Origin: Betaproteobacteria bacterium
GTDB taxonomy: Bacteria; Pseudomonadota; Gammaproteobacteria; Burkholderiales; Thiobacteraceae
DNA length: 56,963 nucleotides
NCBI GenBank assembly: GCA_043783305.1
Contig: JAYVZN010000098.1
Location: forward strand, 1-56,963
Direction: 5' to 3'
Both the position numbers and the translations under genes were made by a program. Shown piece by piece: positions 38,673 to 49,083 of the stretch (its first letter is position 1; the number at the start of each line of letters is the position of its first letter). The notes beneath the pieces were generated by a model. That model searched no databases. It worked only from the letters and a program-made list of their open reading frames with translations, and was not told the origin of the DNA.

Positions 38673-38771
38673 TGGTGCCTATGCAGATCGTGGAATTACT
38701 TTGTGGGGTGATCGCTGTTTTTAGAATAAACATCCGCGTGTTTATTCCTGAGAAACCCCGTGCGGCGGTTT

Positions 38772-39743
38772 TTAAATCCAGCCGCGCCGCTTCAGCCGAC
38801 GATACAGCCAATAGCCGCCGCTAAAGGTGCCGAGTACGACAATCGGATAGGCCCAAGGCCAACTGAGTTCGGGCATGATTTTGAAATTCATGCCGTAGAG
38901 TGAAAAAATCACGGTTGGAATGGCGAGAATGGCACCCCAGCCAGCCAGTTTCTGCACGGCTTCGTTTTGGCGTAAGGTCAGCGTCGCCATATGAAACTGC
39001 ATCGCGTCAGACGCTGAAGCGCGCAACAAGTCCAAGGTGCTGACGGCGCGCAGGGCGTGGTCGTAGACATCGCGAAAATAGACTTTTAATTCTTTGGTTG
39101 CAATGGCTGGATGCAGGCGGATCAGGTCCAGCACAACGCCTTGCATGGGGTCGACGGCTTCGCGTAGCGAGGTCAATTCTCGTTTGATGGTATACAGATT
39201 TTGCAACTCCTCCCGCTCCAAACCGCCGCGCAACAGTAACTCTTCCAAGATGCGAAAACGGTCTTGCATTAAGGCGATCACCGGCTGATAGTGGTCGATG
39301 ATTTCATCCAATATAAAATACAAGGCGGATGCACGCTCGGCTTTAAATCCATTACTGGTGCGGCTTAGACGTACGCGTGTGCGCGCTAGGTCGGGGCCAT
39401 GCTGGTGTCGGATGGTGGCAATGAAATTAGCGCCGATAAAGAGATGCATCTCATCCAATAAAATATGCCCGGTTTTGAGCGCCGCTGTCCGGCAGCTAAT
39501 GAATAGATAGTCACCATACTCTTCCAGTTTTGGTCGCTGGTGGGTGGTCAGTGCATCTTCCAATGTGAGCTCATGAAAATTTAATTCATCACCGAGTTTG
39601 GCGAGCAATTCACTGCCGGGCGTTTGCATGTCGATGAGGATGAAATTTTGGCTGTCGTTGACGAATTCGCTGATCTCGTCCAGCGTGATTTCGCGGGGCG
39701 CTTGTCCTTTGCGGTAGACCAAACATTGCGTACGGTCGTGCAT
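38772..39743 (-). CDS. CorA-family divalent-cation transporter
   Basis: C-terminal two TM with the GMN signature (IFSLYGMNFKIMPEL) and a soluble N-terminal domain. Confidence 0.8.
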   Translation of the reverse strand: MHDRTQCLVYRKGQAPREITLDEISEFVNDSQNFILIDMQTPGSELLAKLGDELNFHELTLEDALTTHQRPKLEEYGDYLFISCRTAALKTGHILLDEMHLFIGANFIATIRHQHGPDLARTRVRLSRTSNGFKAERASALYFILDEIIDHYQPVIALMQDRFRILEELLLRGGLEREELQNLYTIKRELTSLREAVDPMQGVVLDLIRLHPAIATKELKVYFRDVYDHALRAVSTLDLLRASASDAMQFHMATLTLRQNEAVQKLAGWGAILAIPTVIFSLYGMNFKIMPELSWPWAYPIVVLGTFSGGYWLYRRLKRRGWI

Positions 39744-39833
39744 ATATTTCCTTAGGGGTAAAGACGGGATTGGTCCGGTGCGCGGATGCCGTTCAAAACT
39801 TGGTTTAAGATTGAGTCCGGATGATCCAACAGG

Positions 39834-40325
39834 TTATGTAGATGGATTTAAGAGTTTACCGAGTAAGGCGGTAACTTGCGTTAATTCGCGCTTGGTCAAT
39901 GTGTTTTTGATCCAAGTAGTTGCATCGGCAATTAGTTCTTGCATGGTTTGCTCAATGATCGGTAAGGCGGATGGGCTGAGGCGGATAGGCTTGATGCGGC
40001 GATCCGATGCATTCGTTGATCGTATCACTAGGCCGCGCGTTTCCAGTTGGCGTAAAACTTTAGTCAACCCGCCCGAGGTGATGATGACTGAACGTTGCAC
40101 GTCCGATGGTGTCAATTCGTGGGGTGGTGCCGTGCGGCGCAAACTGGCGAGGACGTCGAATTCCGCCGGGCACAGGTTGTGACGGCTGAAGATGGCATTG
40201 GAGCGGATAGTTTTGGCTGCGTATACGCGATGCAACGTGACCATCAGCGGCATTAGTTCGCCGTTAAAAGTGGCTGGCCAGTACTTGCAGTGCATCGCGA
40301 CTGGATCGGTTAGGTCGTCAGGCAT
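39834..40325 (-). CDS. MarR-family transcriptional regulator
   Basis: Winged-helix MarR pattern (LTPSDVQRSVIITSGGLTKVLRQLETRGLVIRSTNASDRRIKPIRLS). It is divergent from the efflux operon. Confidence 0.8.
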   Translation of the reverse strand: MPDDLTDPVAMHCKYWPATFNGELMPLMVTLHRVYAAKTIRSNAIFSRHNLCPAEFDVLASLRRTAPPHELTPSDVQRSVIITSGGLTKVLRQLETRGLVIRSTNASDRRIKPIRLSPSALPIIEQTMQELIADATTWIKNTLTKRELTQVTALLGKLLNPST

Positions 40326-40365
40326 AAAGCGCTCTTTGCTCGATGCGATAGAAATGGGGAAACAT

Positions 40366-40379
40366 TATCTTGTAAGATA
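40366..40379. promoter_or_regulatory. Palindromic candidate MarR operator in the marR/efflux divergent intergenic region
   Basis: TATCTT-GT-AAGATA (6-bp perfect arms, 2-bp spacer), 40 nt upstream of the marR start. This is the MarR-type operator geometry. Confidence 0.35.
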
Positions 40380-40486
40380 GATAGCTGCGCAATATTATAT
40401 ATCTTCCTGGATTGGTAATATTTATTTCCCCGCTTCCCTGCAACGTTTTCTTATAACTATGGGCTTCTAGACCTGAAAGTCTGCAT

Positions 40487-42019
40487 ATGTCGTATCGGTT
40501 ATATTCTTTAAACAAGGTTCACGCGACCCACCTGGGGCAAACGGGATTGTGGGTGGCGACCATTCTGATGCTCGCGGGCTGCACCACAGTCGGCCCCGAT
40601 TTCAAACAACCCGCGCCACCCAGTGTGGCGGGCTATACGGCACAAGAGATACCGCTACAAACAGCCGCGACACCAAACGTACTGCTCGGAGGTAGCCAAC
40701 ATTTTGTGTCAGGCCAAAGCATTCCTGCGTACTGGTGGCAGAATTTTGGTTCGAGCCAATTGAACGCGCTGATTGACCAGGCATTACAGGCCAGTCCAAG
40801 CTTGGCGTCCGCTCAGGCAACCTTACGCCAGGCGCAGCAATCGTATGCGGCCAAGGCCGGTACCAGCCGGTATCCGCAGGTCGATGCCAATCTGAGTGCG
40901 CAGCGTCAGCGCACCACCAATGCTAATTTCGGGCAACGTGAGAGTGCGCGCACATTCGATCTGTACAACGCCGGTATCGCCGTACGCTATAACCTGGATC
41001 TGTTCGGCGGCAATCAACGTGCGCTGGAGGCATTGGCAGCGCAGGCTGATTATCAGCGTTATCAGTTAACCGGTGCACGTCTAACGCTGGCGGCAAATAT
41101 CGTGACTGCCGCTATGACACAGGCGCAATACGCCGCACAAATTAATGCCACCGAAGCCATTCTGGCTGTACAGCAATCGCAGGTGGATATTGCGCACAAG
41201 CGGTTTCAGTTAGGCGCGATTGCGCGCGGCGATGAGTTGTCTTTGCAAACGCAACTAGAGCAGACGCGCGCCAGCCTACCGCCCCTGCGCAATCAATTGC
41301 AGCAGACCAATCACCTGCTGGCTTTGTTGGCGGGTGAGGCACCGGGGGCGGCCAAAATTCCATTATTCAGCTTGAGCGATTTCACACTACCGGCTGATAT
41401 TCCCTTGCTCGTGCCATCCGAGTTGGTGCGTCAGCGACCGGATATTCAAGCATCGGAAGCGCTGCTACGGGCATCCAATGCGAGCTACGGCGTGGCCATT
41501 TCCAAAAGCTATCCGCAAATTAATCTATCTGCTACGTTGGGTACGCAGGCATTGGCGGCTTCCAGTCTATTCGGATCGGGGTCGCTTATTTGGGGTCTCG
41601 TCGGGCAGTTAGCACAACCTTTGTTCGATGGGGGTTTGCAAGCCGGAGTCAATTCGGCACAGGCGGGTCTCGATGCCGCCGCCGCCAATTATCAAGAGAG
41701 CGTGTTGCAGGGTTTGCGCAACGTGGCCGATGTCTTGCGCGCGCTGGATAACGGCGCACAGACCTTGCAGGCGCAGGCGGCGGCCAATGTTGCCGCGCAA
41801 GCAGCGCTGGATCTGGTGCAGCAGCAATATCAACTCGGCAGCGTGAGCTATCTACAGCTACTCACCGCACAGCAACAGGTACAACAAACCCGTATCAATT
41901 TAATTACGGCGCAAACACAACGCTTGACCAACACGGCCGCGCTGTATCAAGCCATGGGCGGTGGTTGGACGAACACGACGCACGAGAGCGCCGCGCAAGC
42001 CCCTCTAAATATCAACTGA
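40487..42019 (+). CDS. RND efflux outer-membrane factor lipoprotein (NodT/OprM family)
   Basis: Lipobox (ILMLAGCTT) and two repeated OEP/TolC-like halves with conserved QA..AL/NY..L patterns. Confidence 0.85.
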   Translation: MSYRLYSLNKVHATHLGQTGLWVATILMLAGCTTVGPDFKQPAPPSVAGYTAQEIPLQTAATPNVLLGGSQHFVSGQSIPAYWWQNFGSSQLNALIDQALQASPSLASAQATLRQAQQSYAAKAGTSRYPQVDANLSAQRQRTTNANFGQRESARTFDLYNAGIAVRYNLDLFGGNQRALEALAAQADYQRYQLTGARLTLAANIVTAAMTQAQYAAQINATEAILAVQQSQVDIAHKRFQLGAIARGDELSLQTQLEQTRASLPPLRNQLQQTNHLLALLAGEAPGAAKIPLFSLSDFTLPADIPLLVPSELVRQRPDIQASEALLRASNASYGVAISKSYPQINLSATLGTQALAASSLFGSGSLIWGLVGQLAQPLFDGGLQAGVNSAQAGLDAAAANYQESVLQGLRNVADVLRALDNGAQTLQAQAAANVAAQAALDLVQQQYQLGSVSYLQLLTAQQQVQQTRINLITAQTQRLTNTAALYQAMGGGWTNTTHESAAQAPLNIN

Positions 42020-42034
42020 ATACGGAGTTTTGTT

Positions 42035-43177
42035 ATGACCAAGGGTACCACCAAGCGCATGCTCATCATGTTGCTGATCGCCGCGCTGGTGTTCGGCGCA
42101 ATTTACGGTTTTCAATTATTCCGTAATTCGATGATACAGAAGTCGATCAGGGGCCACGGACTGCCGCCGCAGGCCGTGTCCACCATTGTGGCGCAGATGC
42201 AAAGCTGGCAACCGAGTGTGGAGGTAGTGGGAACTCTACGCGCTTCCAACGGTGCTAATTTGGCCTCTGAAGTCAGCGGCATCGTGTCGGCCATTCACTT
42301 TAAATCCGGCGCTACGGTGAAAGCCGGGCAGATATTGGTTGAACTCAACGCCGCACCGCTGATTGCGCAACTTGAACAACTCAAAGCGGTCGCCGCGCTG
42401 GCACAACAAAATTACCAACGCGATTTAGCGCAGCTCAAAGTGCAGGCTCTTAGTCAAGCTGCGGTCGACACCGATGCAACCAACCTAAAAAGTGCGCAGG
42501 CGCAAGTGGCGGCACAGCAGGCAGTGATTGCACAGAAGACGATTCGCGCGCCGTTTTCCGGACGCTTGGGTATTCGTCAAATTGACCTAGGTCAATATGT
42601 TGCGCCGGGCACGGCCTTCGTTAATCTGCAAAAACTGGACCCGATGTATCTCGATTTCACCATACCCCAGGAGCAGATCCGCTTAATTAAGGTCGGCGAA
42701 AAAATCAACGCCACCAGCAATGCACTCCCCGATAAAATATTTACCGGGCGTATTTCCGCCATCGAACCACAGGTTGATATCGCGACGCGCAACCTCAAGG
42801 TGCGTGCACGTTTTGCTAACCCCGAAGGCACTTTATTGCCGGGATTGTTTGCCACAGCACGGGTAGGTAATGGCGGCAGCCAACAATACATTACACTGCC
42901 GAATAGCGCCGTGGCGTACAACCCCTACGGCAGCACGGTGTTCATCGTCAAGAACACGGGTAAGGGCAAGGATAACCAGCCACAACTAACGGTACAGCAG
43001 CGTTTTATCACCACGGGACTCACGCGCGGCGATCAGGTTGCCGTGATCAGCGGCTTGCAGGCGGGCGATATTGTGGTGACGGCAGGGCAGCTTAAACTGC
43101 ATAACGATACGCCGGTGTTTGTAAATAATAGTATTCAACCCGCGAATAATCCCCACCCTGAGGTACATGACGAATGA
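42035..43177 (+). CDS. RND efflux periplasmic adaptor (membrane fusion protein, HlyD family)
   Basis: N-terminal TM, coiled-coil hairpin, lipoyl/beta-barrel motifs (IRAPFSGRLGIRQIDLGQYV). Its stop overlaps the RND gene start. Confidence 0.85.
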   Translation: MTKGTTKRMLIMLLIAALVFGAIYGFQLFRNSMIQKSIRGHGLPPQAVSTIVAQMQSWQPSVEVVGTLRASNGANLASEVSGIVSAIHFKSGATVKAGQILVELNAAPLIAQLEQLKAVAALAQQNYQRDLAQLKVQALSQAAVDTDATNLKSAQAQVAAQQAVIAQKTIRAPFSGRLGIRQIDLGQYVAPGTAFVNLQKLDPMYLDFTIPQEQIRLIKVGEKINATSNALPDKIFTGRISAIEPQVDIATRNLKVRARFANPEGTLLPGLFATARVGNGGSQQYITLPNSAVAYNPYGSTVFIVKNTGKGKDNQPQLTVQQRFITTGLTRGDQVAVISGLQAGDIVVTAGQLKLHNDTPVFVNNSIQPANNPHPEVHDE

Positions 43178-46100
43178 GCCTTGCCGACAGTGCGACACGG
43201 CGCAAATTTACCGATATCTTTGTCGAACGTCCCGTACTGGCGACGGTGATTAGTCTCGTTATCTTGGTGCTGGGATTGCGCTCGTTGGGTCTGCTGCCCG
43301 TGCTGCAATTCCCGTATACGCAAAATGCCGTGGTCACTGTGAGCACCGCCTACCCCGGTGCCGATGCCAACCTGGTCGCCAGCTTTATTACGACACCCTT
43401 GGAAAACGCCGTGGCGCAGGCCAATGGGATCGACTACATGACTTCCAGTAGCGTGCAGGGCGTGAGCAATATTACCGCTAACCTGCGCCTAAATTATGCG
43501 CCGGATAAAGCGCTTACCGAGATCAATACCAAGATCAATGCCGTGCTCAACCAGTTGCCGCCCCAGGCGCAGAAACCGGCGCTGTCGGTGAGTATCGGCC
43601 AGACCATCGATGCCATGTACATCGGATTTTACAGTGATGTGCTCAAGCCCAATCAGGTAACGGACTATCTGGTGCGCGCGGTACAACCTAAGATGCAGGC
43701 GATTAACGGCGTACAGAACGCCGAGTTGCTGGGCGCAAAAAATTTCGCGCTACGCGCTTGGCTCGACCCGCAAAAGCTGGCATCGGTTGGTCTTACGGCC
43801 GCCGATGTTTACAGTGCATTGGCGGCCAATAATTTCTTGTCCTCCAGCGGTCAGTCCAAGGGCCAAATGGTGCAAATCAATTTGAACGCTTCGACGGCGC
43901 TAAATTCAGTAGAGTCCTTCAAGCAGATGATTGTTAAGCAGCAAAACGGCGTACTCGTGCGCTTGTCGGATGTAGCGAACGTGACCTTGGGTGCGGATGA
44001 TTATGAATCCAGCGTGTCGTTTGACGGCATCAAGGCGGTGTACGTGGGAATCCAAGTCGCGCCGGGTGCTAATCTGCTTGACGTGGTGGCGCGTGTGCGT
44101 GAAATTATGCCGGGTATTCAGGCGCAATTGCCGCAAGGTCTTAAAGCCAACATCGTGTACGACTCGACGCGATTTGTAAATTCTTCGATCCACGAGGTGG
44201 AGAAAACTTTGCTGGAAGCGCTCCTCATTGTTTCCATCGTGGTGTTTGTGTTTTTAGGTTCGCTGCGCTCCGTGCTGATTCCAATTATCGCCATACCCTT
44301 ATCGTTGATCGGCAGTTTTAGCGTCATGCTGGCGTTGGGTTATTCGATTAACTTACTCACCTTGTTGGCGTTGGTGTTGGCCATCGGCCTGGTGGTGGAT
44401 GACGCGATTATTGTGGTGGAAAATGTCAGCCGCCATCTCGATGAAGGGCTGACACCAACCGCTGCGGCGATTCAGGCGGCGCGCGAGCTGTCCAATCCGA
44501 TCATCGCCATGACCGTTGTATTGATCGCGGTGTACGTGCCGATTGGTTTTCTGAGCGGACTAACCGGTGCATTATTTACGGAGTTTGCGTTTACCTTAGT
44601 TGGTGCCGTAACCATGTCGGCCGTGATTGCGTTGACGCTATCACCCATGATGTCGGCGCGCCTGTTGCACGCACCCAAACGCGAGGGCGGCAACTGGCAG
44701 GATCATTTGGTCATTTGGCTTGATCACCAGTTTGAACGCTTGCACAAGCGTTACGAACGCAGCTTAAGCGGTGTGCTTAATTACCAGTACGTGGTCGCGG
44801 TGTTCGCTGTGGTGGTGCTGGGTGGTATCTATTTTCTGTACAGCACGTCACTGTCGGAGCTGGCCCCGCAAGAAGATCAGGGCGTACTGATTGCGGCCTC
44901 GTTTAATGCGCCGACGGCAACGCTGCACCAGCGCGAGGGCTATGCTCACCAAGTGCACGAAATATTTCGTGCCTACCCGGAAACAGGCCACATATTTCAG
45001 TTGAATACGCCGACGCAAGTCATCAGCGGCATGGTGCTCAAGCCGTGGGACGAGCGCGAGCGTACCTCGAATCAGTTGCAGCCATTGGTGCAGAAAGACC
45101 TAGGGAAAATCGCCGGAACCCAGAATGCGATCTTCCAGCCGCCACCGCTGCCGGGTGCGCGCGGCCTACCGATACAATTTGTAATCACCACCACCGAGCC
45201 GTTTGCACAACTCTACGAAGTGTCGCAAAAATTTCTACAAGACGCACAGAAAACCGGCGACTTTATTTTTGTACAGTCCGACTTACGCATCGATCTACCG
45301 CAAACCACGGTGGTGATTGACCGCAATTTAGCCGCGCAAATTGGGTTGAATATGCAGGATATCGGCTCGGCGTTGTCTGCCATGCTGGGTGGAGGTTACG
45401 TGAATTATTTTGAATTCAGTGGACGCTCCTACAAAGTTATTCCGCAAGTGGCGCAGAAATTTCGCCTCAACGCCGACCAACTCAAACAATATTATTTGAA
45501 AGCGTCCAATGGACAAATGGTGTCGCTGTCGACGGTGGCCCATTTGGAAACGCAAACCTTGGCGGAGACAATTAACCATTTTCAGCAACAAAATATGGCA
45601 ACCATCCAAGGTGTCGCCTTCCCCACCATCTCGCAAGGGCAGGCGCTGGATCGTTTAAAAACACTGGCGCAGAAGACGCTGCCGTCGGGTTACAGTTTTG
45701 ATTATGCGGGCCCATCGCGGCAGTTTATTCAAGAATCCGGTGGATTGATTTTGACGTTCTTCTTCGCCATCGTCATTATTTTCCTGGCGCTGGCCGCGCA
45801 GTTCGAGAGCTTTCGCGACCCGGTGATTATTCTGGTATCGGTTCCCATGTCGATTGCCGGTGCGCTGATTTTTATCAATTTGGGCATCGGGCACGCCACG
45901 CTGAATATCTATACCGAGGTGGGGTTGGTTACGTTAATCGGATTAGTGTCCAAGCACGGTATCTTAATCGTGGAATTTGCCAACAATCTGCAACGACTCG
46001 GTGCGAGTAGGCGCGAAGCCATCGAAAAAGCCGCTGGCCTGCGCCTGCGGCCCATCCTGATGACCACCGGCGCGATGGTGCTGGGGGTTGTGCCGCTCAT

Positions 46101-46266
46101 CACGGCGAGTGGTGCCGGTGCGGTGAGCCGTTTTAACTTGGGCTTGGTGATTGCCAGTGGATTGTCGATCGGCACGTTATTCACCTTGTTTGTGGTGCCG
46201 GGTATGTACATGCTATTGGCGGCGGATCATAGCCATGAAGCGCGCGCCCGACCGGAAACAGCGTAG
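43174..46266 (+). CDS. RND multidrug efflux transporter permease (AcrB/MexF-like, HAE1 family)
   Basis: 1030 aa, 12 TM with two large periplasmic loops. The conserved TM4 region is ALVLAIGLVVDDAIIVVENV. Confidence 0.9.
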   Translation: MSLADSATRRKFTDIFVERPVLATVISLVILVLGLRSLGLLPVLQFPYTQNAVVTVSTAYPGADANLVASFITTPLENAVAQANGIDYMTSSSVQGVSNITANLRLNYAPDKALTEINTKINAVLNQLPPQAQKPALSVSIGQTIDAMYIGFYSDVLKPNQVTDYLVRAVQPKMQAINGVQNAELLGAKNFALRAWLDPQKLASVGLTAADVYSALAANNFLSSSGQSKGQMVQINLNASTALNSVESFKQMIVKQQNGVLVRLSDVANVTLGADDYESSVSFDGIKAVYVGIQVAPGANLLDVVARVREIMPGIQAQLPQGLKANIVYDSTRFVNSSIHEVEKTLLEALLIVSIVVFVFLGSLRSVLIPIIAIPLSLIGSFSVMLALGYSINLLTLLALVLAIGLVVDDAIIVVENVSRHLDEGLTPTAAAIQAARELSNPIIAMTVVLIAVYVPIGFLSGLTGALFTEFAFTLVGAVTMSAVIALTLSPMMSARLLHAPKREGGNWQDHLVIWLDHQFERLHKRYERSLSGVLNYQYVVAVFAVVVLGGIYFLYSTSLSELAPQEDQGVLIAASFNAPTATLHQREGYAHQVHEIFRAYPETGHIFQLNTPTQVISGMVLKPWDERERTSNQLQPLVQKDLGKIAGTQNAIFQPPPLPGARGLPIQFVITTTEPFAQLYEVSQKFLQDAQKTGDFIFVQSDLRIDLPQTTVVIDRNLAAQIGLNMQDIGSALSAMLGGGYVNYFEFSGRSYKVIPQVAQKFRLNADQLKQYYLKASNGQMVSLSTVAHLETQTLAETINHFQQQNMATIQGVAFPTISQGQALDRLKTLAQKTLPSGYSFDYAGPSRQFIQESGGLILTFFFAIVIIFLALAAQFESFRDPVIILVSVPMSIAGALIFINLGIGHATLNIYTEVGLVTLIGLVSKHGILIVEFANNLQRLGASRREAIEKAAGLRLRPILMTTGAMVLGVVPLITASGAGAVSRFNLGLVIASGLSIGTLFTLFVVPGMYMLLAADHSHEARARPETA

Positions 46267-46454
46267 CGCAGGGTCGAGTGACAATAAGCTATGTATAGTG
46301 CCGATTGTAACGGAATATTAAATTTGTATTATTAGGAATAAAACTCAGATCATTACGATTATAAGGTAGTTAACCGTCTTTAAAAATGTGTAGGCTCAGC
46401 ACGGTACCCCGCTACCGAGAGTTACAATAAAGCCGATCAAATGGGGAAAATTAA

Positions 46455-47504
46455 ATGAAAATTAAAATATCGTTAATCAGTATTGCGGCGTTATTCGCGG
46501 TTCTAAATATGCTACCGGTATCGGCTGCGCAGGTGAGTTGCAGTGCCTTACCCTATACCACTGCACCGAACAGTTCGGATACCTGCTTATCGCTCGGATC
46601 GGCGGACCCTTATAACGCCATTTTCCGGCAGGGCACCAGTAATATCGGCGTTTTGTTCCTGCACGGGCGTGGTCAAGATCCCAACGGCGATGTTGTGCGT
46701 CAATTACGCAATAGTTTGAATAGCGATGGATATACCACGCTCTCCATTGAGGATCCTGTTCCACCGGGGGGTACGGCTTTCAATAATTATGTGGCGAACG
46801 AAACCATCATTCAAAATCAGTTGTTCTTGCGTGTGGAGCTTGCGCTCGCTGAATTAAAGAGTCGAAATGTGGATCGGGTGGTTTTGGCGGGATTTAGTTT
46901 AGGCTCCCGGTTTGCTACCGCATCGGCCGCCGCCTGGGAACTGAATCAGTTAAATACTTCAGGGCTGAATTTAATTGGATTGCTGGGCGTGGGTTTATAT
47001 TCTTCCGGCCCGGACAGTACAATCAGTAATATTAACGTGTTGAACAGTATTAGTAACTTGTCGTTTATTACCAGCATTCCCGTGCTCGATATCTATGGCG
47101 ATAATGACACGCCGGCCAGTACAACGGCCGCCGCGCGCAAAGCCGCCTATGCGGGCGATAACTATACGCAAGTGGAGTTAACTTGCCCCAACACCAGTGG
47201 AAATTATTTTGTTCAAACTGCAACCGGGATTGTTCCCTACTACGGCGGCACCGGCACTACCGGCGATACAAATCGATGCCATCAACTACGCAACGGGTTG
47301 CTTTTTGATCCCGTGAGCAATAGTTATGTGCCGGATGTTGTGCTTAGAGGATCACCGAATGCTCCGCTGGAGACCACTGCGCGCAACTGGTTTGCCAGTA
47401 ATTTCGCACTTCCGGAGCCTAAAACTTGGCTGCTGGTTATCATCGGGTTGCTCGGTATGGGGATTGTCAAACGCCATCAGCGCGGCGCGCGGGCGGATGG
47501 ATAA
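46455..47504 (+). CDS. PEP-CTERM-anchored secreted alpha/beta-hydrolase-fold protein
   Basis: Signal peptide (ISLISIAALFAVLNMLPVSAA), nucleophile elbow GFSLG, and a C-terminal PEP-CTERM sorting signal (LPEPKTWLLVIIGLLGMGIVKRHQRG). Confidence 0.7.
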   Translation: MKIKISLISIAALFAVLNMLPVSAAQVSCSALPYTTAPNSSDTCLSLGSADPYNAIFRQGTSNIGVLFLHGRGQDPNGDVVRQLRNSLNSDGYTTLSIEDPVPPGGTAFNNYVANETIIQNQLFLRVELALAELKSRNVDRVVLAGFSLGSRFATASAAAWELNQLNTSGLNLIGLLGVGLYSSGPDSTISNINVLNSISNLSFITSIPVLDIYGDNDTPASTTAAARKAAYAGDNYTQVELTCPNTSGNYFVQTATGIVPYYGGTGTTGDTNRCHQLRNGLLFDPVSNSYVPDVVLRGSPNAPLETTARNWFASNFALPEPKTWLLVIIGLLGMGIVKRHQRGARADG

Positions 47505-48650
47505 TTATTCCGCGAAGGATGCTTGATGTTTCCCCGCGCGTTTGGAGGTGTACATCGCGAAGTCGGCGCGGCGGATAATGTCGGCGGGGGAGCATTCGGG
47601 GTAAGGGAATAGGCAAATTCCCAAGCTCGCGCTGAGGTTAATCGCTTCCGACGTGCCGGCTAAAATAAAAGGCAGTTCTAACTGCTGTAAGATTTTTCGA
47701 GCTAAATCCGCCGCATCTTGCCGTGTCGCAACGCCGTGCGCGACGACGAAAAATTCATCACCGGCAATGCGCGATATGGTATCGGCCTCGCGTAGGACAT
47801 GGCGTATGCGCGTGGCCGTCTCACACAGCACACGATCACCGGCATCGTGGCCGTGCGAGTCGTTAATCATTTTAAAATTATCCAAGTCAATGAACACCCC
47901 CGCGCACGATTGTTCATCGCGCTGTGCCAATGAAATCGCCAAGGTAATACGGTCATCCAGTAAATCGCGATTGGGTAGTCCTGTCAGAGGGTCGTGCAGC
48001 GCCCGTTCCAAATGGAGTTTGCGCTCGGTGTCCAACTCCATCTCGCGCAGAAACAGCGTGCGCCGGTATTGTTCGGCCATATAGCCTGCCGCGCCGCCGA
48101 TTAAGTTGGCAGAAACCAACACGTAATCGTGGCTGGCTAAAATTTCAGGCGGTAGGCCGCGCACCATGCCAAAGAGGATGTTATAGGCCAGCAGTAGAGA
48201 TATATCGGCACCGAAGGCATAGATAAATCGAGTGCCGATAAAGTTGTAGGTCCAAAAAGCGGTCAGCACTAATCCAGTGTAGTAATAAATGAGAACACTG
48301 TTCGGCAGCAGCCACATAATAACCAGCATGCCCGTGCCGGGAGCGATACCCGCCATGACCAGCGGGCCGTAATTAAAACGTTTAAAGCTCGAATGAAAGG
48401 TATAGAGCAGCACGGCGAAAGCGCACGCGATAACGATTAGGCGCACCAGCCAAACCGCCGCGCGTAACTCCGGTGGTACGAACCAGGAGTCCAGCACGCC
48501 GAACAAGGCGTACACGAAGATGCCGACACAAAGCGCGATGCGGCTCTGCGTACGCAGCCGGGGTAGTGAATGTCGGACAAAAGCGGCCTCCATCGGCGGT
48601 TCTAAGAAGCGCAGTGTGATGGGGTGCATGAGGAAATTTGATTTTTTCAT
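47505..48650 (-). CDS. Membrane-anchored diguanylate cyclase (GGDEF domain, AGDEF variant) with N-terminal 5-6 TM sensor domain
   Basis: GGDEF domain (LTGLPNR ... RIAGDEFFVV) with a multi-TM N-terminus. ATG 48650 (MKKSNF) is preferred over 48758. Confidence 0.75.
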   Translation of the reverse strand: MKKSNFLMHPITLRFLEPPMEAAFVRHSLPRLRTQSRIALCVGIFVYALFGVLDSWFVPPELRAAVWLVRLIVIACAFAVLLYTFHSSFKRFNYGPLVMAGIAPGTGMLVIMWLLPNSVLIYYYTGLVLTAFWTYNFIGTRFIYAFGADISLLLAYNILFGMVRGLPPEILASHDYVLVSANLIGGAAGYMAEQYRRTLFLREMELDTERKLHLERALHDPLTGLPNRDLLDDRITLAISLAQRDEQSCAGVFIDLDNFKMINDSHGHDAGDRVLCETATRIRHVLREADTISRIAGDEFFVVAHGVATRQDAADLARKILQQLELPFILAGTSEAINLSASLGICLFPYPECSPADIIRRADFAMYTSKRAGKHQASFAE

Positions 48651-48936
48651 CGCGTATTTTGGGGTGGTGGATTGATCCTCCCGGGTTACGGTCGCGATGT
48701 AACCCGGGTCGAGCCGGTGAAACGGGGGGTACGCCTTTGCATGCGTTGTCGATCCCATTTCCCGGGTATTTTACGCGGGCGTGTGCGGTAACATCGAATC
48801 CAAAATGCGAATTCAGGGAGCGATGGATCTAAGCGGGATATCTAGTACGCCAGGGCCGATTGAAAATAACGGTATAGGCGATCACTTGCCCTCCCGCCAA
48901 TCGAGGTGATTCGCTCCACTTATCCGCACACTGCGC

Positions 48937-49053
48937 TTAGAATCCTTGGTGCTGTCTTTCCGCCTTCTTGAGTTTTTTGGCTTCTTTTTTTTCTTTGGGG
49001 GATTTTACGGGTGCCTTTTTAACCGCTTTTTTCGTGTCTTGGGCTTTACTCAT
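48937..49053 (-). CDS. Unannotated 38-aa lysine-rich basic small protein
   Basis: ATG at 49053 is preceded by GGAGA. It translates to MSKAQDTKKAVKKAPVKSPKEKKEAKKLKKAERQHQGF*. It lies 30 nt downstream of the 93-aa ORF on the same strand and is absent from the 60-aa-cutoff ORF track. Confidence 0.35.
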   Translation of the reverse strand: MSKAQDTKKAVKKAPVKSPKEKKEAKKLKKAERQHQGF

Positions 49054-49083
49054 GGTAGGTCTCCTCGGTTGTAAATAAGTGGA

